A DNA stretch of 63,833 bases, the filler included, from Stramenopiles sp. TOSAG23-3 (lineage: Eukaryota): NCBI GenBank assembly GCA_900128585.1. It is 27 parts of 27 records of this genome, joined end to end, with 100 filler letters (N's around TTAATTAATTAA, not from the genome) between each part and the next. Parts side by side here need not be neighbours in the genome. Positions count along the whole stretch, not along the records: positions 8,419 to 16,723 come from LT643038.1; positions 16,824 to 25,126 come from LT643039.1; 25 more parts are not named here. The stretch is one strand, 5' to 3'. The notes beneath the pieces were generated by a model. That model made no database searches, had not been told where the DNA came from, and saw only the letters and a list, made by a program, of their open reading frames with translations. Position numbers and translations under genes: made by a program. Shown here one piece after another: positions 9,569-19,362 of the stretch. How positions within the stretch are numbered: position 1 is the stretch's first letter; each line of letters starts with the position of its first letter.

Positions 9569-10492
9569 TTACCACACCTCGCCCTCCTCGTCGTCTTCCC
9601 CACTGCTGGAGTCGGAAACGGTCTTTCCGTACTTGGAAGCCTTCTTTTTCTTCTTCTTCTTTTTGTGCTTTTTCTTCTTTTTGTCCTTCTTGTGCTTCTT
9701 CTCTTTCTTTTCCTTGGAGTCGTTCAGCACCAGGCCCTCAGGGTTTTCCCTATGGATGGACTCATCGGCGTGCTCGTCCGTTCTTGCCCCGCCCACCCCC
9801 TGCTGCTTCTTCGCTACGAGCTTCAGCAGGTGCTTCTTTAAGTTTCCAGCTATGTCCCCGTACAGCCTGTTCCGCCTTGTCGCCTCGCTATCCCAGAACT
9901 GCGCCCCAAATATTCGCTCTTTCAAATGCAGCTGCATCTGAAACATTGGAAACAGCAATTTGTCGTTCCGCTTCGACATTTCCTCGAACATTTGGAGCGA
10001 CAGCGAACCGTCCCCAGATTCGTCCATCATCTTCTGAACGACACTGTACACGTTGTGGTTCGCTTTCCAGGTCGGGCCGTACACATCGGCAAACATTTCT
10101 TCGACGACGTCCGGCTTGATTCTATCGGTCTCCTCCGTGTCGTACAGGCTGAACGCAAAGCGCACGAACGTTTGCTTGCGAACCGTCATGAAGATCCACA
10201 GGGCAAGGATAAAAGCTTGAAAGTCTACACCCTCACGGTTCCCCAGGAAATGAAAACAACGGTCCGTGAAGTTCGTCCGGTCTACTTTAATGTACTTGTA
10301 GAACTGCTCTATCGTAAACGTATCCGTATTGTCCTTGTCGATCTTTTTGAAGAGCTGGTAAAACTTGTCCACCCCCTGGTCGTCCAACTCTAGAAACGAA
10401 TGGCATAAGTCATACGTGTCCTGCTCATGCCCCACTTTGCTTGGGTTCACCTCGAAGGCGTAAACTTTTTGTTTGCTTGCACACAGCCCCAT
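9569..10492 (-). CDS. Myristoylated EF-hand protein (calcineurin B/neuronal calcium sensor-like) with lysine-rich tail
   Basis: Starts MGLCASK; EF hands DKDNTDTFTIEQF, FAFSLYDTEETDRI, DESGDGSLSLQMF. Confidence 0.85.
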   Translation of the reverse strand: MGLCASKQKVYAFEVNPSKVGHEQDTYDLCHSFLELDDQGVDKFYQLFKKIDKDNTDTFTIEQFYKYIKVDRTNFTDRCFHFLGNREGVDFQAFILALWIFMTVRKQTFVRFAFSLYDTEETDRIKPDVVEEMFADVYGPTWKANHNVYSVVQKMMDESGDGSLSLQMFEEMSKRNDKLLFPMFQMQLHLKERIFGAQFWDSEATRRNRLYGDIAGNLKKHLLKLVAKKQQGVGGARTDEHADESIHRENPEGLVLNDSKEKKEKKHKKDKKKKKHKKKKKKKKASKYGKTVSDSSSGEDDEEGEVW

Positions 10493-11363
10493 CTCTACCC
10501 AGTCGGCGAACAAGACTTCAGACAAACGCACACAAGTATCTACAACGAAATATTTTCTGTCGGTTATGAAAATATGAGTGATGGACTCGTCGTACATATA
10601 TTAAAACGCACAACCTAAAGTTGTTGGGTTATTTTATGAAATATATAACGGCTAAAATTTAGTACGGGGTACTGATGATATAGAGGGCTATACGTAATAA
10701 TAGAAGAATAATAATAATAAAATAAAAAATTGGTTTTTTGTTGTTGTTGGTTCCTTTTCTTCTTTTTTTTTCTAAGAAAAATAATATGAGAGAGAAGAAG
10801 AAAATAAATAATATTACATACATTGCACAGCATGAAAAAATCGTATTTCTATAACACTAGTAATTACCGGAAGAAGAAGAGAAGAAGAAAGAACGAAAAA
10901 CTGGATTTGCTCCTTCTGATTCTGTTATGCAGTACTCGTAGTCCTGGCAAAATCAATGTTATTACCATACTACGAGTAGTCGGTCTAGCTAGTCCACGAT
11001 AACCTTTCTTTCTGCAATCTGCAATCTGGACGTCTAATTAGAATTAAAAGATGCCCACTTGTTTTTCCCTTGCTGTGTTACTACTATATCATTATTTTTT
11101 TAGCTAGAAAAATTTATAATATATACATACCATTGGGAAAGTTGGTTAAGGGGTTGTTTAACAAAGATGGGAAAGTTTTAACACCGTATTACCTACCGAG
11201 GAAATGGCCGACGCAAGAAGTACTACTTTCGAATTTAACAACTGTGTAACATTGGTCATACCCACAGACAGATACGGCCACCCGTTCCATACAAAAGTTT
11301 CAAACGATGAGAAAAGTTGTGTTTTATTTCCATTAAAAAAAAGGAACGCCATACTTTTACAAG

Positions 11364-12458
11364 ATGCCAAGCAATACTAACACACCAAAAGCACTGACGA
11401 AGGAACAGCAGCTGGCGCTGGAGCAGCTACGACGAGTTCTCCCCGCCGTCGAAGAGCAAAGCCCATCTCGGAAGAGGGCCATCAAAGCATTGGGCAACGA
11501 AAAAAACGTTGACCCCGAGCGACACTTGAAGGAAGCGAATAGAAACCTTCTCCAGGCGACGCAGGCGCTGCGGAAAACATCTATGAACGCGCACGGGAAG
11601 ACCCTGGCGACCTATTACAGAGATGTCCCCCCACCGGTACATCCCCAACTAGACCTTGGGCCGCCGCCGAAAACCATTTGGGAGCACACCGTAGAGGGCA
11701 ACCTATCTTTTATCAACGAGTACGCAGCGGAAGGAAAAACTTTTGAAGCTGTCAGTTCCGATGGCTGGACACCACTGCATTTGGCGACAATGAACAATAA
11801 GCTTCGCTGCATGGAAGTGTTGATCAACCATGGGGCAAATATTGAGTCCAAGCGAGCAAAGTATTTGTGTGAAACGCCCTTGATACTGGCTTGTCGTCTT
11901 GGGCTGACGACAGCTTTGCAATTGTTGATTTTTCACGGGGCTTCACCAAATTCATTGGATGTGAACGGTATGTCCGGCCTGATGCACGGGGCGCAGGAGG
12001 GTCACATGGCCATATGCACGGCACTGTTGTCGTGCGGGGGGACATCTATGTCGAAAAAGTGCAAAGAGGGCAGGATGAAGGGCAGAAGCGCCGAAGAAAT
12101 TGCCCTGTTTAAAGCTCGAGTCTCGAAAGGGTGCGATGCATTCTCGCTCTACAACAGCATTCGGCTGTACATAATGAAAATGAGGGATCAGTCCGCAGCA
12201 AAACGAGATCTGGCCAAGATTTCAAAAGAGGCGTTCTGTCGGCGGAGGCTATCCCAAGTCGGCCTGCGCCACAATGCGCAAAAACTAGCTCAACTGCCGA
12301 TTGGCCTACCGCACGAAAATCTAACGTTGAACGACGCCTTGGGAGGCCGCAACACTGCGCGGATCAGTCAAGTCCGAGTCAGCGACTTGGTCAACGCGGG
12401 GGTATCCCATGGACAAGCCGACCGAGCTCTGAAAATGTGGAAGAGGAGGGTTCTGTAA
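11364..12458 (+). CDS. Ankyrin-repeat protein
   Basis: DGWTPLHLA, ETPLILAC and NGMSGLMHGA ankyrin motifs. Confidence 0.9.
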   Translation: MPSNTNTPKALTKEQQLALEQLRRVLPAVEEQSPSRKRAIKALGNEKNVDPERHLKEANRNLLQATQALRKTSMNAHGKTLATYYRDVPPPVHPQLDLGPPPKTIWEHTVEGNLSFINEYAAEGKTFEAVSSDGWTPLHLATMNNKLRCMEVLINHGANIESKRAKYLCETPLILACRLGLTTALQLLIFHGASPNSLDVNGMSGLMHGAQEGHMAICTALLSCGGTSMSKKCKEGRMKGRSAEEIALFKARVSKGCDAFSLYNSIRLYIMKMRDQSAAKRDLAKISKEAFCRRRLSQVGLRHNAQKLAQLPIGLPHENLTLNDALGGRNTARISQVRVSDLVNAGVSHGQADRALKMWKRRVL

Positions 12459-12831
12459 TAAAGGGAGGGTGAAGAGCGCGACACGCCTGCACGAAACAGT
12501 GCGATATTGAAAAAGCGCTAAAAGGGCGCTGCAGGGGCGGAAAAGATAAGGCTGCGCTGGTTTTGAAAGAAGAAGAGAAGAGAAGAAGAAAACATTTAAT
12601 TCGTTTTGGAGGAAAATATGTTATTTTTTGTTCCCTCTGGTTTTTTTATCATAAAAGAACTTAAACTTTTTTAACCAGAACACAAACAAATAAGTTCTTA
12701 ATATCTGGTATTCTTTACGTAAAACAACCGAAACCTTTCTTTCTCCTAAATTATCATGATGCCACATTACTGGCAATACCTGGCCATGCGCAATTGTGGT
12801 CCCTCAAACCTTTCCGCGCGACTCCTACGGC

Positions 12832-13518
12832 CTAAGCGTCTTCGTCCTCTGCACTGATCCAGCCTTGGAAGGCCCAGAAGAATTCCTTAAAAGTAATAGT
12901 GCCGTCGTCGTCCCAATCCATTTCTTTCCATCGTTCAGCCGACAGTACGCTCGCAGCGCCAGCAGATTTGAATGCACCTTCCTTGGCCTGCATCTGCTTC
13001 AAAACCTCCTCCTTGTCCAAGATCCCCGTGTGTTTCACATCAAATACTAAGTATGCCCCTAACACCCAATCGAACGCCTGCTTCAGTTCTGGGCCAAGTT
13101 CGGAGCCACTCCCGACTTTTATGTCCCCAAGCACATAACCTAACGCCAAGCACACTAAAAACTCTTTGTGGGTCAGGTTCTTGTTCGCGTACATGTCGGC
13201 CTCTTGGAACACGGTCGAGATTTCTTCATCCGTCATACTGTCCGTGCCAAGCTTTGCCAGAAAAGGTTTGATTTCGTCATAGTCCAAAGTCCCGTTCCCG
13301 TCATCGTCGCACGTCTCAAACATGGCTTTCACCTTTGTAAACGAGGCGTTGATCTTTGGAAATTTCAGAATAATCTGGTCAAAGCTAGTGACCTTATTCT
13401 TCGAGGCGTCGTACTCTACCTTCAAACGCTCCAGGTTCTTTGCAACCCTGGCGTCGAAGGGACTCAGCTTTGCGGGAGCAGTTTTGTTGCCTGCGGCAGA
13501 CGAGTTTGCACAGCCCAT
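12832..13518 (-). CDS. Myristoylated calmodulin-like 4-EF-hand protein (CML21/22-like)
   Basis: MGCANS start; IILKFPKI, DDDGNGTLDYDE, DWDDDGTITFKEF. Confidence 0.9.
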   Translation of the reverse strand: MGCANSSAAGNKTAPAKLSPFDARVAKNLERLKVEYDASKNKVTSFDQIILKFPKINASFTKVKAMFETCDDDGNGTLDYDEIKPFLAKLGTDSMTDEEISTVFQEADMYANKNLTHKEFLVCLALGYVLGDIKVGSGSELGPELKQAFDWVLGAYLVFDVKHTGILDKEEVLKQMQAKEGAFKSAGAASVLSAERWKEMDWDDDGTITFKEFFWAFQGWISAEDEDA

Positions 13519-14618
13519 TGGTGCGTGTAGTGTGATAATACGATTGTCCGGAACGCTGACAAGTTTTTATTATCTCTGTGCAATGCTTTGCAGGGATTCT
13601 TATTAGACGAATAAAAGCGGTCGCTGAGTTGTCAGCAGACAGTCGAAAAGTTTCCCGCTTTCGGTACGTGTGGAAAGATGAATGCTTCGTTCATTCATTT
13701 TGTAATACCAAGTAGACATCAACAAGTGTACCACTTCTTTTCTTTCGTGTCGAGAAAGAAGAAGAAGAAGAAGAAGAAGAAGAAAAGAAGAAGAAATCAT
13801 TAATTTTAATAATGTTGTAACAGTACTCTCTACTCTCTACCGTATTATAGAAGTACGGTGTACGGAACAAAAAGAAAGAGAAAGGAGGATGGAGGGAGGG
13901 AGAAAAGAGAAAGGAGGAGAGAGGAGCTAGATCATCCATCTTCTTATTTACGATTGAGACTACGAAATAATATACAACAACTATAAATACATCAAACTAT
14001 TCGTCCATAGTATAGTATAGTATTATATTGTATATAGGCTACTGTATTATAATTTTTAAAAAAGATCGATCTATATTGTACTACTACTACTACAACAACA
14101 TACACACACCAAAGCAAAGCCCTCTTCCTCAAATCTCTCTTTTCTCTCTTCTTCTTCTTCTTCAGGCTAATAATGGACCATTCTGTACTTATTTATGTTC
14201 AATTGGTATTCTAATAATAATAATAATATCAATTTTCTTCTATAAAAAAATTAAAAATAATATATGGTACTGTAGCTAAGGCCCACCTCCTTTTATTTCC
14301 TTGACTTATATCTGCTGCTGTGCTATATATAACTGAACGGTGAGGAATTTTAAAGAAGAGGTCAAATATCATCGTCGGATCATCGATCGATCGATCATCT
14401 TAATCGTCAAAAAAACAACAAACTCTTTTTTATTATTTATTATTATCATCTTATGTAGTATTTATTACTACAACACAACTCTTGATACGGTAGATAATAG
14501 TCGTTCTAGTAATAACGAAGTTCAAATTCAATTTTCTACTATCTCTTCTTCTGCTTTTCAATATAATCTCCAGCTTCAAAGAGGTAAAGAATGTGTTAAA
14601 CGTTTTTGCAGCAACGGA

Positions 14619-15438
14619 ATGTACTGGGAACATTCGTTCAAAGCCGCCATGAGCTATTCTAAAAATAACCCTCACAGGTTGGATAATGTGTATAATTTTC
14701 GAGCCGTATCTTCTCCAGTCCTCAAGCAGACCGTGTTGTACCGGTCCGCCAACCTGATGTCGGCGACTGAAAGGGACAAGCGTATCATATGTAGTGATGT
14801 TGGTTGCCGGACATACATAGACTTGAGATCGGATAGAATACCTAGCTCGGCGTGGGAGCAGGCGTGGGGGGGGGAAGCTGAAACGATACCATTGCAGTGT
14901 TGCCGAAAACCTTACCCCAATGGTGAATACAACAATACCGGAAGTGAGAGAGTTTTTTGACTCCAGCTTTCCTGAGGGAGAAAAACTTTTTGACGACGAC
15001 GCACAGCACGAGCTGTTTCTCAAACATTACATGATATTTTCTTGCAAGTACAATGGCAAAGGGCCAATACTGAAGACACTTCAAATCATGAGCAAGGAGG
15101 AAAACTACCCGATCGTGTTTGGTTGCCATGCTGGCAAAGACAGAACCGGCCTTATTGCGCTCTTTGTCAATGAAATCTGTGGGCTTTCCCGGAAAGAAAT
15201 CTTTGACGACTACTTGCTCAGTAATCCTGGACTTGGGGACGGTTCGAACGATAGCCCTGGGGGGAAGGTCTATCATGGGTCCTTGAAGGGGTTAATAGAG
15301 TGGTTGGAGAGAGAATTTGGCTCGATACATCAATATTTAGAGCACATCGGCCTGGGAATGGAAGAAATGGAAGCGATACGAGGCATTGTTTCCAGCAACG
15401 GGAGCAGGAGGCGCCCATTATTTTCAAGTAAATTGTAA
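14619..15438 (+). CDS. Protein-tyrosine/serine phosphatase (Y_phosphatase3, IphP/PtpB-like), frameshifted in this assembly at a G9 run
   Basis: VYNFR, LYRSANL and YIDLRS in one frame; CHAGKDRTG P-loop and DDYLLSN in the +1 frame; switch at G9 14866-14874. Confidence 0.85.
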
Positions 15439-15558
15439 AGAACCGCTCAGGAAGAGGTGCACCTCGTGATATTCAAATTATTTTGATTTTTTTTACCTGA
15501 ATCCTGAATCGTATTAAAATTGTTAAAGAATTCTTTATACAAAGTAGAAAAAGTACAA

Positions 15559-15745
15559 GAGGAGCAGAGATAAGTTCGCAGTACATTAATTTTAATTATG
15601 ATACATATTAAAGCCAATTTTTTGTATCATATTTAAGTTCGCAGTACATGAAGGAAGCAAACCTTTAATGGACAGAAGGAGCAGATTCACATTCGCGGTA
15701 CATGAAGAAGATAACTTTTAATTACTTAAATAACAGCCATTATTA
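15559..15745 (+). repeat. Dispersed ~70-nt repeat family, partial tandem copies (others at 42828-42895 +, 37760-37830 -, 37861-37874 -, 28501-28590 -, 28706-28740 +, 56642-56659 -)
   Basis: Shared blocks GGAGCAGATTC, TTCGCrGTACATGArGAA and TAATTACTTAAATAACAGCCAATTTTT on five different contigs. Confidence 0.8.
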
Positions 15746-15874
15746 TCTTGTTTTTATAGAAAAGTGCATTCAATATGTATACGGCTTAAAGAGTAAGACA
15801 GGGGGGGGGGGGGGGTACTCATGCAAACACTCATTTTTTCTTAAAAACAGCATGGCGCAGTCGAGCCCGCCCGT

Positions 15875-16279
15875 TTAAGTCTGGTGGTACGAGTCGAAGT
15901 AAGTGCTGCAATATTTCTCTTCGCATAGAGCCTCCCTAGACTCTGATATTATCGATCCCCCTACCTGGTGACAGGATCTTAAACATTCGTAATACAATTT
16001 GTCTTCGTCCTGTATTTTAATCAAATCGTTCATCAATCTTTCTTTAGCCTTCGCGACCTGTTCCGGTTTCATATTCCGAAGACCTATTTTTTGTACAAAG
16101 CTCGAGAAATGACCATCGTCGACATTCAAATGCCGTACCATGGGATCACGCTCCTCGACCCTTGCCCTGTTTTTCCCTAAAACCCCAATCTCAGGCGTGG
16201 TCAAATCTGACCCGGACGTACCAGCCAGCAGTAGGCAACAAACGATCAAAAATGCGTAATCAAAAACGACAGGACCCAT
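15875..16279 (-). CDS. Small secreted hypothetical protein
   Basis: Signal-peptide-like N-terminus and four C-terminal cysteines. Confidence 0.6.
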   Translation of the reverse strand: MGPVVFDYAFLIVCCLLLAGTSGSDLTTPEIGVLGKNRARVEERDPMVRHLNVDDGHFSSFVQKIGLRNMKPEQVAKAKERLMNDLIKIQDEDKLYYECLRSCHQVGGSIISESREALCEEKYCSTYFDSYHQT

Positions 16280-16886
16280 TAGTCAACGCGGACACCGTTG
16301 GATGGAGCGACAAGAGGCTTTGCTTTCGCTCCTCTCCTCAATCTATACAAAGAAGTATATCAAAGCAAGTTTTAAAAAATAAAACTCCTGGAGAGCATCA
16401 ATTTAAACGATTCCTTATTCTTGAATCCAATTTAATTCTGTGGTGGTTAAGTTCACCATATTTTTTGCCACTTTACTTTTTAAATGGAAAGAACCACAGG
16501 TATTTATTTTTTCTTTCTTTTTATTAAAAGTATTATACCACCCCCTTCCTCGGTACGACGTACGTACAACAATAGAAAATTAAAATTAACATAATAATAA
16601 TAACACACCACTTCTAATAATAATAAAAATAATAAAACAACACAAAAACATTCCACTTCTTCTTCTCGATCAACAAGAACGCGAAGAAGAAAGAACACAG
16701 CATAACCAACAACAAAGAAGAAGNNNNNNNNNNNNNNNNNNNNNNNNNNNNNNNNNNNNNNNNNNNNTTAATTAATTAANNNNNNNNNNNNNNNNNNNNN
16801 NNNNNNNNNNNNNNNNNNNNNNNGGTCCACCCCCCCCCCCCCCCCACGCACGGGTCCGCAGCCGCTCTCTTTCTTGTTCGCGCTCG

Positions 16887-18431
16887 TCAGCACTGATAAC
16901 AGTCACACGAGAAGTCTTTCGATATTGTCAGCCGTTTCAGCCTCTCCACAACGTCTTGGTGCCCCTTGGCGATATTGGAAACCTCGAACGGGTCTCTGCT
17001 CAGATCGTACAGTTCCATCGTGTCCGCGACGCTGGGAATGTTCTTCGTCGAGTTGCAATGCTGCACCACCCCTTTCCAGTCACCAACGCGAACGGAGTAC
17101 CCGCTCTTCGGGTGCGTCTTGGAGTACACCTTGTTGCCGTTCCACGTAAAGTACATGTATTCGTGCGTCTTTTGGTGTCCGCTGCCCAACAGCGTTGGAA
17201 CGATCGATATCCCATCCGTCACGGACGGAACGCTGTCCAGGCAACCGCCCAATTCGCACAAGGTAGGCATGAGCTTTGGAACGAGAGAGAATAGGAAAAA
17301 TGTGTTAGTGCATCTATATACAGAAAGACGGCGTCGGCCGAACCATCATATACTTACATCCCAGAACGCCCACTGCAGGTCTGACTCGGAGTTTGGAGCA
17401 ACTTTCCCCGGCCACCGAACCATGCTAGGGGACCGCACCCCGCCCTCGTACAGACTGCGCTTGTGCCCTTTCAAACCACCGGTAGAGTTGAAAAATTCGA
17501 CGGAGTGCCCGCCTTCGAGGTGGGCGCCGTTGTCGCTGGCGAAGAACACGATGGTATCGTCGTCGATGCTCAGCTCGCGCAATGTTGCCATGATCTCCCC
17601 GACGTAGTTGTCCAAATACACAATCACCCCCGCGTGGTCTTTTTCAACGTTTGGCCATGGCTCGTTCCCGTACTGCCCGTCCGTCGGCACGGGGGCTCCC
17701 TGCTCCGGGTTGGATGGCGGGTCGCCCCACCCTCCGGCGTGCGGAACCGTGAAGCTCATGTACAGGAAGAACGGGTCCCCGCCCTGCTGCTCGACCGTTT
17801 CCTTCAACCACTTGATGGAGTGCGTCTGCGTAATGTCGACAGTGTAATTGTAGTTGTCCGGGTTTGCCATGCAATCGTCTCGCGAGCGAGGGTTCTGATC
17901 GTTCAATGCCAGGGGCACGTTGCCCCTCCCTAGGCCGTAGTCGATCGACTTTGGGTACATATTATGGCAAAACGACTGGTCCACCTGGCCGATAAAATAG
18001 TCGAAGCCCTGCTGGATAGGGGACGTCAGCGGCGCGCTTTTCCCGACCAACGCGGTTTTGTACCCCGCGTTGTGGAGCAGCTCCGATGTCGTGATTGCTT
18101 GACCAGGAGGCAATGACGTGCCGGACAAGTTCGCTTTCTTGTACTGGCCAGAGTGTCGCCCCGTGAACAGTGCAGTCCGGCTAGGGGCGCACACCGTGTA
18201 ACCGGCGTACGCGTGCCGAAACAGCATTCCTTCCTTTGCAAACCTATCCAGGTTCGGCGTCGCTATTTTCCCATGAGCCGACGTCGACGGGAACGACCCT
18301 GGCTCCCCCCACCCCATATCATCCGCCATGATGAAAATAATGTTTGGCCGTGCAGCCGATCCCTCCGTCCCCGTAACCCAAAAGGCCGCAGCAACGAAAA
18401 ATACTGCAACCGGGACATACGCTAATCGCAT
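16887..18431 (-). CDS. Secreted formylglycine-dependent (S1) sulfatase; two exons (18431-17358, 17273-16887)
   Basis: RPNIIFIMADDMG, catalytic CAPSR, SDNG, GHKRSLYEGGVR, ELYDLSRDPFE. GTAAGT...AAG intron 17357-17274 (84 nt) joins FWD|LMPTL in frame. Confidence 0.93.
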
Positions 18432-18840
18432 GGTCGCTTTGAAAAGAAACGCCCTAAACACTGTATAATGCAGAAGAATATAGAGAAACAAAAAAACAAC
18501 TATTGAAACAAGGTATAGTTCCTCAAACCATATAGAGTACCCTATAGAATAACAATCTGATCTGTTCGTTAATTATTCAATCGTTTCATTTATGTATATA
18601 TATATAGATAATAAACAATAAACACAAATGTAAAACCACATCATTTTAACATATTTATTTTTTATAGACAAATTACAAATCCTCCATTGACTTTGTGATG
18701 GTGATGATTATTATTATTATTATTTCAAACAAACAAAAACAAACAACAACATTTTTATTATTTTATTATTTATTTCTATTCAGTCAGCGCTCAGCGCTCA
18801 GCGCGGCGAAGAAGAGAAGGCGAAGGCGGCGGAGGGCAAC

Positions 18841-18995
18841 TTTTCTTCTTCTTTCTTCTTCTTCTTCTTTCTTCTTCTTCTTCTTCTTCTTCTTCTTCTT
18901 TCTCCTTCTTTCTTCGTCTTCTTCTTTCTTCTTCTTCTCTCTTCTTATTTCTTCTTCTTTCTTCGTCTTCTTCTTTCTTTCTTCTTTCTTCTTTC
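18841..18995. repeat. Degenerate (CTT)n microsatellite (similar tracts at 13755-13796 and 55528-55701; (CTCCAGC)n at 19032-19067; (CTCTCAG)n at 21965-21992)
   Basis: Direct inspection. Confidence 0.9.
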
Positions 18996-19362
18996 CTGTA
19001 TTGACATAAATTAAATGATTTGGTCTTTTTTCCTCCAGCCTCCAGCCTCCAGCCTCCAGCCTCCAGCCCAATTCTCTTATTATTATTTTTAAGGAAATGT
19101 TAATAATTTTGTTTTTTTAAATAATAAAATAAATTCAAAAAAAAAGGGGTTTCAAAATAATAAAAAAAGAAGAAGGGAGAAGAAGAGGGGGCGGTGGTAG
19201 GGAAGAGAGGTTTTCAATTTTCAATAATTAGGATATAGTGTATTATTCAATTGAAAGAGAGAAGTCTAATAAAACGAACGATAAGAAAAATAGAGAGAGA
19301 AAGAAAGAAAGAAAGAGAATAGTCGAATACATTGAACAAACCAAATAGAGAATAAAAAGACA

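Noticed and set aside
18695-19071. Poly-K/E/F ORFs here and at 55464-55729, 39764-40039 and 62707-62976
   Set aside because: Translations of CTT/GAA microsatellites and poly-T tracts.
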